This document shows positions 9,702 through 18,542 of a stretch of DNA of 42,933 nucleotides, piece by piece (within the stretch, counting starts at the first letter, position 1; every line of letters starts with the position of its first letter). Source of the stretch: Tatlockia sp. (GTDB lineage Bacteria > Cyanobacteriota > Cyanobacteriia > Cyanobacteriales > Chroococcidiopsidaceae); the NCBI GenBank assembly GCA_013698215.1, contig JACCVJ010000444.1, forward strand, positions 1-42,933, written 5' to 3'. The position numbers were made by a program, and so were the translations under genes. The notes beneath the pieces were generated by a model. The model was not told the origin of the DNA. It made no database searches and saw nothing but the letters and a program-made list of their open reading frames with translations.

Positions 9702-10925
9702 AAGGGCTTTCCTATAAAAATGAGACAAGGCAGAAGATGTTACAATTTTGGTTGAAATTAGACTAAAAGAGTAACAAAGATGCTACCTTGTCAGGAAGAT
9801 AATAGGAGTTTTTTCGAGAAACTGCAAAAGGCAGAGGGTTTGGATTTACGGGACAATCGAGGCAAACGACACGATTTAGCGGTTATCTTAGTTGGCGTGA
9901 CAATTGCTATTTTGAGTAACCGGGATGGGTGTTTATCAAGCATTCATCGGCATTTGAAGAATCATTACGAGAAATTGGTAGCGGCTTTAAGAGTCGAAAA
10001 AATACGACCTGTTTCGCGTTCGCAGTTGCCACTAATATTAGAAAAAGTAGCAGTGGAAGTTTTTGACCAATTGTTATTTGAGAATTTCGGAGTCAAGTTA
10101 AATGGAGGCGAACGACGGTGGTTTGCCTTTGACGGGAAACAGATGCGCGGAAGCATTGAGACTGGAGATAAAAGAGGCGAGGTGATAGTTCAAGCGGTGT
10201 CGCACGCTAACCGCCGAGTCGGAGCCCAAGGTTATTATTCGGGACTCAAAGAATCGGAAATACTGACAGTGCGTAAGCTGTTGGATAAAAGCGGAATAAG
10301 TTCAGAAAAAGTGAGTCTTGATGCTCTCCATTGCAACCCCGAGACGTTGGAGTTGATAGCGGAATCAAAAGGCAAATATTTGGTTGGACTGAAAGAAAAT
10401 CAAAAAGAGTTGAAAAAACAGTTTGGTCGGGAAATAGAAAAACAGTCGGTTTTGTTCAAAACCGGTGGAGTCGAAAAAGGACACGGACGAATAGAAACAA
10501 GAAAGTATGAATTTTATGACCTCTTGGAGATGGAAAAAGACGAGCGATGGAAAAAGTGTCAAATCAAAACGCTGATCAAAGTCAATCGAGAAAGAACAAA
10601 TCAAAAAAGCGGAAAAAGCAGTCTCGAAGAAAGTTATTATGTGAGTAATGAAGTTGGAAAATACGAAGAATTAAGCGAAGCAGTAAGAAATCATTGGCAA
10701 GTGGAAACGAATAATCATCTGCGAGATGTGAGTTTGAAAGAAGATGAAATGCGTTCAAAAAAAAGAAGTTACAGAAAACAATGGCAGGAATAAGAACCTT
10801 GGCAACGGCGATTTTACAGAAAACACCCTGTCAAAACAAAAAAGCTCAATTAGAGAATTTTAGTGATGATTTTGACAATCTGATTATAACATTGAAAGTC
10901 TTGAACTTTTTATAGGAAAGCCCTG
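9702..10925 (+). mobile_element. ISAs1-family insertion sequence (no TSD; flanks belong to different genes)
   Basis: 18-bp perfect IR AGGGCTTTCCTATAAAAA (9703-9720) / TTTTTATAGGAAAGCCCT (10907-10924). Confidence 0.9.
9780..10915 (+). CDS. ISAs1 transposase; ORF stops at 10793 but the C-terminus continues in the -1 frame after an A8 run to TAG 10913-10915
   Basis: Motifs DNRGKRH, FDGKQMRGS, DALHC, LKENQ, GHGRIETR, RNHWQVE, DVSLKED; -1 extension KKLQKTMAGIRTLATAILQK...LNFL*. Confidence 0.88.
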
Positions 10926-11732
10926 TACCTGGATGATAAACGCGCTCTTGTTTTACTTGTCAATCACGGGCGCGACCCGGAGAAACTTGATTATGAAATT
11001 GTCAAGCGAAACCGCGAGAAACGATACAGCGAAATTACGATGAGCCGGGAAATGATCAAGATGCAAGGACGACTGATGCACCTGCACCACGAGATTATGA
11101 TTTCACGGTTTCACTTTATGTTAGAGAAGGCTTGTGCTAAATCTAGCGGTAAGGTTGAACTGTTGGGATTTTATCAAGGTTCAAGCCTTTGGAATAAGAT
11201 TGAAGTCGCTAAAGTATCCTACGATCAAAGCGGAAAATTGATTGAATTGGAAGAAACCGAAACATTGCCGCACCGACCGGACGCATTTTTCGCGCTTTAT
11301 TTCGCCGACCGCGAAGGCGAAGAAAAGACGCAATACTTCTTTTACGAAGCAGATAGAAAAAACACCTCGATCAAGAAATTCAATAAAAAGCTCCGTGCTC
11401 ACTTTCATTATGTAGTGAAGCAGAAGAAACACATCGCTGATTACGGCGTGAAGCGCATCAGAGCCGTGCTGGTTGAGTCAATCAAGGATAGCTGGACAAA
11501 CCTACTTCGCCTGCACGCACGGCATCCGGTTGTCGCCGGTAAAAAGCCCAATCCCCTGTTCTGGTTTACAACTTCAGATGTGGTCTTTGAGCAGAAAACA
11601 ACCGTTAAAATCAAAGGTGTGGAAAAAGAAATACCGCTCTATCTGGAAAAGCCTGAATTAGTTCTCGGTAAGATTTGGGCAACGCCAATAGATGACGATA
11701 ATCAGCCAGATTTCCAATCATTAATTGACTAA
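10926..11732 (+). pseudogene. Replication-relaxation (Replic_Relax) family gene, 5'-truncated by ISAs1
   Basis: The frame is open from the IS boundary (YLDDKRAL...) through HLHHEIMIS, HRPDAFF, FFYEADRKNT, which are typical of the family. Confidence 0.7.
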
Positions 11733-11971
11733 ATAAAATGAGTAACTCCCTTTTCAAATGTGCAGTTTGCCGCCGCTCGTTTTCGCGCGCAGCAATGCTT
11801 CGCAGTCATTACCGTGAACATCAGAAACAGACGAAGCATTGTAATAATTGCGGTGCAAATTATTCCCGCAACGGTTATCATAAGTGTTAAGCGACTTCCA
11901 AATAAAAAAGGCACGTTTTTAAATGCGCCTCTTTCTTAATTATTAATTTGATAAATGTTAAGGCATCTTCA

Positions 11972-12292
11972 TCACGAAGCTGAACGCATCGCCGCCCGTC
12001 TGACATTTCCCCAAGCAGTTCCACAAGCCTTTGCGCTCGTCAACGGGTCCACACTCGTAAATCTGCCGTGCGATACGTTATAATATCGTGCCGCCGCGTA
12101 TTCTAGCGCACTTTCGTCATCTTTTTGATAACCCGTGTAATCTTGCCTCACCGTATCCGGCTGATAACCTAATCCGGTTGTTCTCTGCGCCGTTAATGTT
12201 TCATCACCGAATGCTGAGAAATCCTTTCTACTTGTTACATTCCCGTTTTGGTCTGTTATCACTCTTGGAGAGCCTAAAGCATCGGTTGTCAA
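11972..12292 (-). pseudogene. Orphan RHS repeat-associated core fragment
   Basis: TDALGSPRVITD...FGDE...YTGYQKDDES.LEY..ARYYN..GRFTSVDPL, then similarity is lost; no N-terminal YD repeats and no terminal DPxG/toxin. Confidence 0.85.
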
Positions 12293-12768
12293 ATAAGCGA
12301 ACTACGCTTGATAATTTCAGCTCAAATTCTCCGACCACATTCAAATAACTCTCCAACGCCGATTGCGATGAAGACGGCAAAACTGATACTGCCGATTACC
12401 GAAGCGGTACCCGGTATTAATACGGCAGCCAATCTGCCGAACTAGCTCAAAAAACAGCATCAACTGAGATAGGCTCGAACTATAGATGCGGTTGCCCTAC
12501 TTTTCTTTGTAAAGGCCAGAAAATTAGTGTATATATGTACCAGATTAAACGGAAAATATTTTCATTTAACTCAACGGTAATCGCTTCTTGCTAAAAGATT
12601 TTCAAAGGCAGTTTGTTTGAAAACGGAGCAACATACAGGCGATGACAAAGGTGCTGGGCAAAGGCGACCAGCGAGGTAAAATCACCGGATGCGGCTAACG
12701 ACCGAAGTCGGCGGATTTTCAATTCATTAGCTATAGCTAGCTATACTTTTATAAAAGGAAGAAATTTT

Positions 12769-14541
12769 ATGCAAAAACCACAAGCGACGATATTTGTCAA
12801 GCTTATATTAGCATTACAATTAGGCGTAATTTTTTGCTCCACGATAAGTTTTGGACAATCAACTAATAATTCTAAACTAAATCAATCGCTAACATCGAAG
12901 AGAAACACGGTGCAAGCGAAAATCTCCAGTCCTATTAGAACTCCTGTTTTCTCCCCATCTCTAAACGTCGTCAAAGGCGGTTTCGGCGTGTTTGAGCAAA
13001 TGTTTGTATTGACAGGAAATTACAACAATGTCTGGGAGGATGTCCAAATAACAGTTACCTATACCGCCCCCGATGCGACTCAAATCGTCGGCGGCGGTTT
13101 TCACTACGACGGAACGATTTGGAAATCAAGAGTTGCGCCGAATATGGCGGGTAATTGGACATGGAGCGCGTCAATCGTCGAAAACGGCGGCACGCCAACC
13201 ATGGACACGGGAGGTTTCACCGTTGTAAAACAAATTTCGCCCGGCTTCATCAAACGCCGCCAGAATACGCTTCGATGGATAAACGACAACGGAACGCCGT
13301 TTAATCCGCTCGGCATCGGTGATTGTGTTTACAATCGGTGGAACGGAATAGATTTTAATACGATTTATTTGGGGATAGACGGCGGAATAACGCTGCCCGA
13401 CCCGCCGCTGCCCGGGTCTCCTGAACCACTGGGAAGCACTTGGGGGACGCCTAGTACTTACGCATCAGCATACGGCAACGGAACTGCGGAGAGCGCAAAT
13501 TTCAATGTCTTTCGGGTATCTCCTGCCAATTGTGCAATTAGTATATTCACTTTAATCGAATTAAACGGCAATGTCTATGACAAAGTGAACAGTATTCGCT
13601 ATGACACGCTGATTACTACAATGAAATCAAAAGGTTTTCGGATATTCTTCGCTATATTTAATAGAAGTGACGTGTATAATTCCTCTCCTGCTTACCTCAT
13701 GCAATACGAAAAAGCTGTTAAATACATCGTTGACCGATACGGCGCATATGTTGACTTTTGGGATTTGGTAAATGAGGGTGACGATTATGCGAACGACGAC
13801 TTCTTAAACGCCATTGGCGCGTATGTTAAAACGGCCGATCCCTACGACCATCCCGTAACGTCGTCTTTTTCGCCTGGTTCCCAAACTCAACACGATTTTA
13901 CGCAAGCGGATTTTACATCGCCGCACGTATATGCCTCAGAATCTGAATATGATTCTGATACTTTTATCGCCGATATTATCAATTCCTATAAACCGCTTAA
14001 CAAGCCTATTTTGTTTGGTGAGAGCGGTAATTCAGTAGTCAATGTGGATCCGACAAGCGCGCTTCGGATGCGTTTGCGCTCGTGGACGGCGTTTTTCGAC
14101 GAAGGCGCACTTCTGTTTTGGAATGCAAGCTACCTGCAAGGGATATTTGGTGATATTAACAGCCCATCAAACCAATATATCGGACCAACTGAGCGCAACT
14201 TTATGCGGCATCTACAAAACTATACAAGTTATTTCCCGGCAGCGGAGTCGTCGGCATTGCCGGTTAGCGATCCGACAAAAATTCGCGGGTACAGATTAAG
14301 CGCAGCAGCTACTTACGGCGTGTATATTCACGCCTTCACGGAGCATGAAATGCTAACGACGGACAAGATAATAACGATCGCACCGCAGTTCACCGGCAAT
14401 GCCGCTTGGATAAACCCCTCTACGGGCGAAAGGATCGGCGAAAAATTTTCCGTATCAGCCGGCACGAGAGATATTCCAGTCCCTGGTTTTAAAACCGACA
14501 TTGCACTAAAGATAAGTTGTTCAACTTGTCCAATTGATTAG
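12769..14541 (+). CDS. Secreted DUF5060/DUF4038-like protein with GH5 (clan A) TIM-barrel features
   Basis: Signal-like N-terminus, Ig-like region (GGFHYDGTIWKSRVAPNMAGNWTW), acid/base motif WDLVNE, DPYDHPVTSS, nucleophile-like KPILFGE. Confidence 0.7.
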   Translation: MQKPQATIFVKLILALQLGVIFCSTISFGQSTNNSKLNQSLTSKRNTVQAKISSPIRTPVFSPSLNVVKGGFGVFEQMFVLTGNYNNVWEDVQITVTYTAPDATQIVGGGFHYDGTIWKSRVAPNMAGNWTWSASIVENGGTPTMDTGGFTVVKQISPGFIKRRQNTLRWINDNGTPFNPLGIGDCVYNRWNGIDFNTIYLGIDGGITLPDPPLPGSPEPLGSTWGTPSTYASAYGNGTAESANFNVFRVSPANCAISIFTLIELNGNVYDKVNSIRYDTLITTMKSKGFRIFFAIFNRSDVYNSSPAYLMQYEKAVKYIVDRYGAYVDFWDLVNEGDDYANDDFLNAIGAYVKTADPYDHPVTSSFSPGSQTQHDFTQADFTSPHVYASESEYDSDTFIADIINSYKPLNKPILFGESGNSVVNVDPTSALRMRLRSWTAFFDEGALLFWNASYLQGIFGDINSPSNQYIGPTERNFMRHLQNYTSYFPAAESSALPVSDPTKIRGYRLSAAATYGVYIHAFTEHEMLTTDKIITIAPQFTGNAAWINPSTGERIGEKFSVSAGTRDIPVPGFKTDIALKISCSTCPID

Positions 14542-14659
14542 TCTGCGCTCTACTTGTTGCGTCTGAAAATAGTTCTTTGTTCACGCTGATAAAGGATTAC
14601 GACGGCTAAAATCCAGATCTGAGCGTTTTTCCGTTGATCGAATGGTGCGCGATCTGTCA

Positions 14660-14722
14660 GGGCAAAGGCATCAAAATTATAGAAACATACTTTTCTTGAG
14701 TAGAATTTTGGTGCCTTTGCCC
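14660..14722. repeat. 19-bp inverted repeat (1 mismatch) with 25-nt spacer
   Basis: GGGCAAAGGCATCAAAATT / AATTTTGGTGCCTTTGCCC. Confidence 0.75.
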
Positions 14723-15102
14723 ATAAATAGAGATTGCTTTTTTGTGGTGAACATTTTGACTAAAAATGGTTGAGTTTATCATCTCGAAAATATGTTTTCT
14801 AGCAAAATTTTTTCACCGAAGAAAGATTTTAGGAAAATTAAGTTGTAAATTCTTTCTTGCCAATTGAAGCTCTCGAAAGAGAGTTTCATTTTATTAAATT
14901 TTACGCATTTAAGGTCTCTCAAAAAAGTAAACCTCATTCAAACAGTGCCCTAAAATTCTATGAAACATTTTTGCCTTTTGTAACCATTTAACCCGTAATG
15001 TAGTAATTTCCTGAAGTCCAGTAAGAAGAAAAATCTAAATAAAGGACACGACTTGACCTGCGACAACGCCGGTTTCGGCGGATGTTGTAATGTCTTTCAA
15101 TT

Positions 15103-16644
15103 ATGTTCGTCACCGAGCTAAAAAATAAATTTATCCCTTCCCGATTTGAGTCGCGATTTATATTACTTTTCATAATTCTAAGCGGGATTCTGCTGCGACT
15201 ACCGAACTTAAATGAGAGTTTGTGGTATGACGAGCTATTTTCCACCCGTAATAAACTTCCTAATCTAAAGGAACTCGCATATTTCAGCGTATATGATGTT
15301 CATCCGCCTTTTTACTCGGTTTTAATGTTTTTATGGACGGGATTATTCGGTGATTCTGAAATATCGGTCAGAATATTGCCGATGATTTTCGGCATTTTAT
15401 CGATAGTTTTGATTTACGTTTTAGCCTGCCGCATCGCTGACGAGAAAACTGCGCTGCTCGCCGCATTGTTGCTGAGTTTTTCGCCGGTTCACATTTGGTA
15501 TTCCCAGGAGGCGCGGTCGTATTCGGCTTTGGTGTTTTTTCTCCTTTTCGCCGTAGTTGCCCAATTAAAACTCAACACTGCCGCCGTCAAACCCGTCTGG
15601 TTTTTCATTTACTCGGCCGCCGTGTTTGCCGGGGTTTTCAGTCATTATTTTTTTATTATTTACATATTTCTTATCTCGATTATTTTAATTTTAGGAAAGC
15701 ACCAGTACAAACGGCCCATTCTCGCCGTAAATGTTGCTGCCGCATTTTGTCTTGGTATTTTGGTTATTATTAAATTTGCCAAATCAGCGATAAAAACCCA
15801 ACAGGGTGACTGGAAGACATTTACGTTTTTGGAATTAAAACAGTTATTTTTCAAATGGTTTTTGTTGGGAGGAAATTCCTGGGACGCTGAAAAGTATTAC
15901 TGGTGGGTTATTGCCATTCAATTGATTTTTACGGCTATCTTCTTGCGCGGCGTGATGCTTATGTTAAAAAAGCCAAACAGAGCACGGGGTTCGCACGAAA
16001 TCCTGCTTTATTTATTCGTTCTGCCGCTTTTTCTGCTGATAGTATCCGGCTTCGGACAACAAGGCTACATCGAGCGAAGCGTCATTACGGCACTGCCATT
16101 CTTCTTTATCGTTATCGCCGGAGGCGTGACGGCCTTTAAAAATAAAATAATCAGATACGCTTGTATTTCAATGATTGTCGTAGTTAGCGTCTCGACCGTC
16201 GCTATGTATTATAATCGGCAGGATGTCTGGACTGTCTATAAGCCGAACGCAGATTGGCGCGCCGCCGCCCGTTATCTCGAAGGCGAAATAAATGCCGCGC
16301 CGTCCGCCCCTGAAATGTTTACCGCGACACCATCTGACGAGTTGACGTATTACAATCCGCACTTTAAACAATTAGCAAGCAATGAATTTGAATTTAACCC
16401 TTTCAATCAAGAACTTCAGGATAACTTTTGGCCGATAAACGAAATCCAAAAACACCAACTGCCAAAGATATACGACAAAATGGTGCGCGATAAAAAGCAG
16501 CGATTTTATCTGATCCACAATAATTACTGGGCGAGCGGTTCTAAGGAAATGTTTGACCAACTAAAAACCGACCAGCGATTTGAGTATAAAGCAATGCAGT
16601 CTTTCAAAGGGATAGATATTTATCGATTTGATTTGGCGCAATAA
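15103..16644 (+). CDS. GT-C membrane glycosyltransferase (family 39 / PMT_2-like)
   Basis: SLWYDE, HPPFY, SEISVRI, SPVHIWYSQEARSY, multiple TM helices. Confidence 0.88.
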   Translation: MFVTELKNKFIPSRFESRFILLFIILSGILLRLPNLNESLWYDELFSTRNKLPNLKELAYFSVYDVHPPFYSVLMFLWTGLFGDSEISVRILPMIFGILSIVLIYVLACRIADEKTALLAALLLSFSPVHIWYSQEARSYSALVFFLLFAVVAQLKLNTAAVKPVWFFIYSAAVFAGVFSHYFFIIYIFLISIILILGKHQYKRPILAVNVAAAFCLGILVIIKFAKSAIKTQQGDWKTFTFLELKQLFFKWFLLGGNSWDAEKYYWWVIAIQLIFTAIFLRGVMLMLKKPNRARGSHEILLYLFVLPLFLLIVSGFGQQGYIERSVITALPFFFIVIAGGVTAFKNKIIRYACISMIVVVSVSTVAMYYNRQDVWTVYKPNADWRAAARYLEGEINAAPSAPEMFTATPSDELTYYNPHFKQLASNEFEFNPFNQELQDNFWPINEIQKHQLPKIYDKMVRDKKQRFYLIHNNYWASGSKEMFDQLKTDQRFEYKAMQSFKGIDIYRFDLAQ

Positions 16645-16713
16645 ATTGATTAGGAAGTTGCCGGAACTCGTTTTTGAAACGGATCACATACAGAGAATAA
16701 AAAGAATCTTACC

Positions 16714-16815
16714 CGTCCAAAAACTACTCTTTTCGGACATGCTATAATACACTCACAAAAAGCCCGTAATCATTGCACTTTTGCAAGCCATTTTTTGAGG
16801 GGTTTTTGGACACCA
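16714..16815. other. res site of resolvase 2 (palindrome 16714-16739 plus accessory subsite ~16790-16815)
   Basis: CGTCCAAAAA-CTACTC-TTTTCGGACA followed by TGCTATAAT (extended -10); downstream TTTTTTGAGGGGTTTTTGGACACC. Confidence 0.6.
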
Positions 16816-16841
16816 CTCAAATCATTAAATTTTCCGAAATT

Positions 16842-17429
16842 ATGAAAGTTGGAATCTATGCCCGCGTCTCGACTCAGGATCAACAAACCTTGCCGCTTCA
16901 GATAAAAGATTTGCGCCAATTTGCCAAACGAAGAAAATGGAAAATCGAAATTGAAATATCTGATGTCGCATCGGGCGCGAAAACACGACCTAAGCGCGAA
17001 GAGCTTTTAAAGTTGGCAAGGCAGAGAAAAATTGATTGCATCCTTGTCTGGCGGCTCGACCGCTTCGGGAGAAGCTTGGCTGATCTGATTACGACGCTCG
17101 ATGAACTGAATTCTCTCGGCGTGAGTTTTGTCTCGTTAAATGAATCTTTGGATTTAACTACACCGAGCGGCAAGGCATTAGCCGGAATGCTGGCTGTGTT
17201 TGCCGAGTTCGAGCGGTCAATTTTAAAGGAGCGAGTCAAAGCAGGAATCCTTGAAGCCAGAAGCAAAGGCAAAGCACACGGGCGACCGCCAACCGCTTCT
17301 AAAAAGGAAGAAGAAGTTAAAAAACTATACAAAGACGGTAAAGGATTGAGCAAATCTGAAATTGCCAGACGACTTAAAATCGGTAGGACATCGGTAATAA
17401 GATTATTAAGTGAAAAATTGGATAGTTGA
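16842..17429 (+). CDS. Small serine recombinase (resolvase), paralog 2
   Basis: MKVGIYARVST..., RLDRFGRS, FAEFERSILKERV, HTH; start chosen by alignment with the paralogs. Confidence 0.95.
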   Translation: MKVGIYARVSTQDQQTLPLQIKDLRQFAKRRKWKIEIEISDVASGAKTRPKREELLKLARQRKIDCILVWRLDRFGRSLADLITTLDELNSLGVSFVSLNESLDLTTPSGKALAGMLAVFAEFERSILKERVKAGILEARSKGKAHGRPPTASKKEEEVKKLYKDGKGLSKSEIARRLKIGRTSVIRLLSEKLDS

Positions 17430-17479
17430 GTTATATCCAACAATATTTGTTTGATTTAAACTTGGGTTTTTCCGCCACC

Positions 17480-17851
17480 TTATATTGGATAAAATATACC
17501 GTATTCATCCAGCGATGAATCAAGCCCATTTTTCAAAGTGGCTAAAAGCGTGCCTATCAACTTTGGTGCTTTCTCAATAGATACAGTGAGAAGATCAATG
17601 TGAAATTCGTTGCAACCAGCACCAATCTTTACTCGCAGAGCATATTCAATGCATTTCTTTGGCAATTCAAAAGTGTCGCAGTGGTCATTAACTATCCCAG
17701 AGACGTTCCGAAATTGAATCAAATCATTCTCGCTAGCAATACGAATTACATCTTTTAAATTTTGTGCGAGGAGGATCTCATTTCTTGTCTTTCCTCCTTC
17801 TGTACGCCATCTTACATACCAAATTTCGTGATTCGCCTCATCATTCATCAT
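17480..17851 (-). CDS. Hypothetical protein
   Basis: 123-aa ORF, 4 bp downstream of the ORF at 17856; no motif recognised. Confidence 0.6.
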   Translation of the reverse strand: MMNDEANHEIWYVRWRTEGGKTRNEILLAQNLKDVIRIASENDLIQFRNVSGIVNDHCDTFELPKKCIEYALRVKIGAGCNEFHIDLLTVSIEKAPKLIGTLLATLKNGLDSSLDEYGIFYPI

Positions 17852-17855
17852 TTGT

Positions 17856-18218
17856 TTATGCCTCGTTTACATAAAGGAAATATGGTCCTTCAAAAATCGA
17901 CGAAATCTCCCCGTCAAAATCCGTAATTGAGATTACTCTAAATTTTCCGTTAATCTTATGAAAATTTAATTTATCGTAAATTATTTGCACAATCTGCACG
18001 CTTGTTAGATTTAAACCAAGCTGATTGGCTAAATCCAAGAGGTTTTTTGCTAGGTCTTTAGTTCTAACAAAAGGGTGGCTATAGCACGCAATCGTAAGTA
18101 CATTTTCAATAAGTTTTTCGAATGTGCAATAGCAGTTGGAATTGGCATTAAAATATTCTCTTTGTACGCTCATTATTTTTGCCCTCTGACTACAAATTTT
18201 TCTACCAAGTTTTTTCAC
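17856..18218 (-). CDS. Hypothetical protein (start uncertain, possibly MSVQRE)
   Basis: ORF in AT-rich DNA, co-oriented with 17480; no motif recognised. Confidence 0.5.
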   Translation of the reverse strand: MKKLGRKICSQRAKIMSVQREYFNANSNCYCTFEKLIENVLTIACYSHPFVRTKDLAKNLLDLANQLGLNLTSVQIVQIIYDKLNFHKINGKFRVISITDFDGEISSIFEGPYFLYVNEA

Positions 18219-18542
18219 GTTGCTGAAAATTTCGGTTTAGAATTTAATAATTAGGCAGTTTGCATACCAAGAAAAGAGATAGCATTAAATTATTATTTGA
18301 TGTTGAATTTAATATATATACTTTAAATAGTTAAAATAAAATTTCATTTCGTGCCAAATTTTCAGAGGTTTATTCTCATTTTATATAATTATATATTATT
18401 TTATACGTATAGAAAAATATCTAGCCTTGTCATTCGATAGCGCAATAAATTATTATTTGACCTCTGAATCTTCGTTTGAATTCAGATTTCTGAATTTTAT
18501 GATGAAATTTTAAATTTTATTTTTGAATTAGGCGGTCAAAAA

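Noticed and set aside
16773-16841. N-terminal extension of resolvase 2 in the ORF track
   Set aside because: It overlaps the res subsites; paralogs start at the equivalent of ATG 16842.
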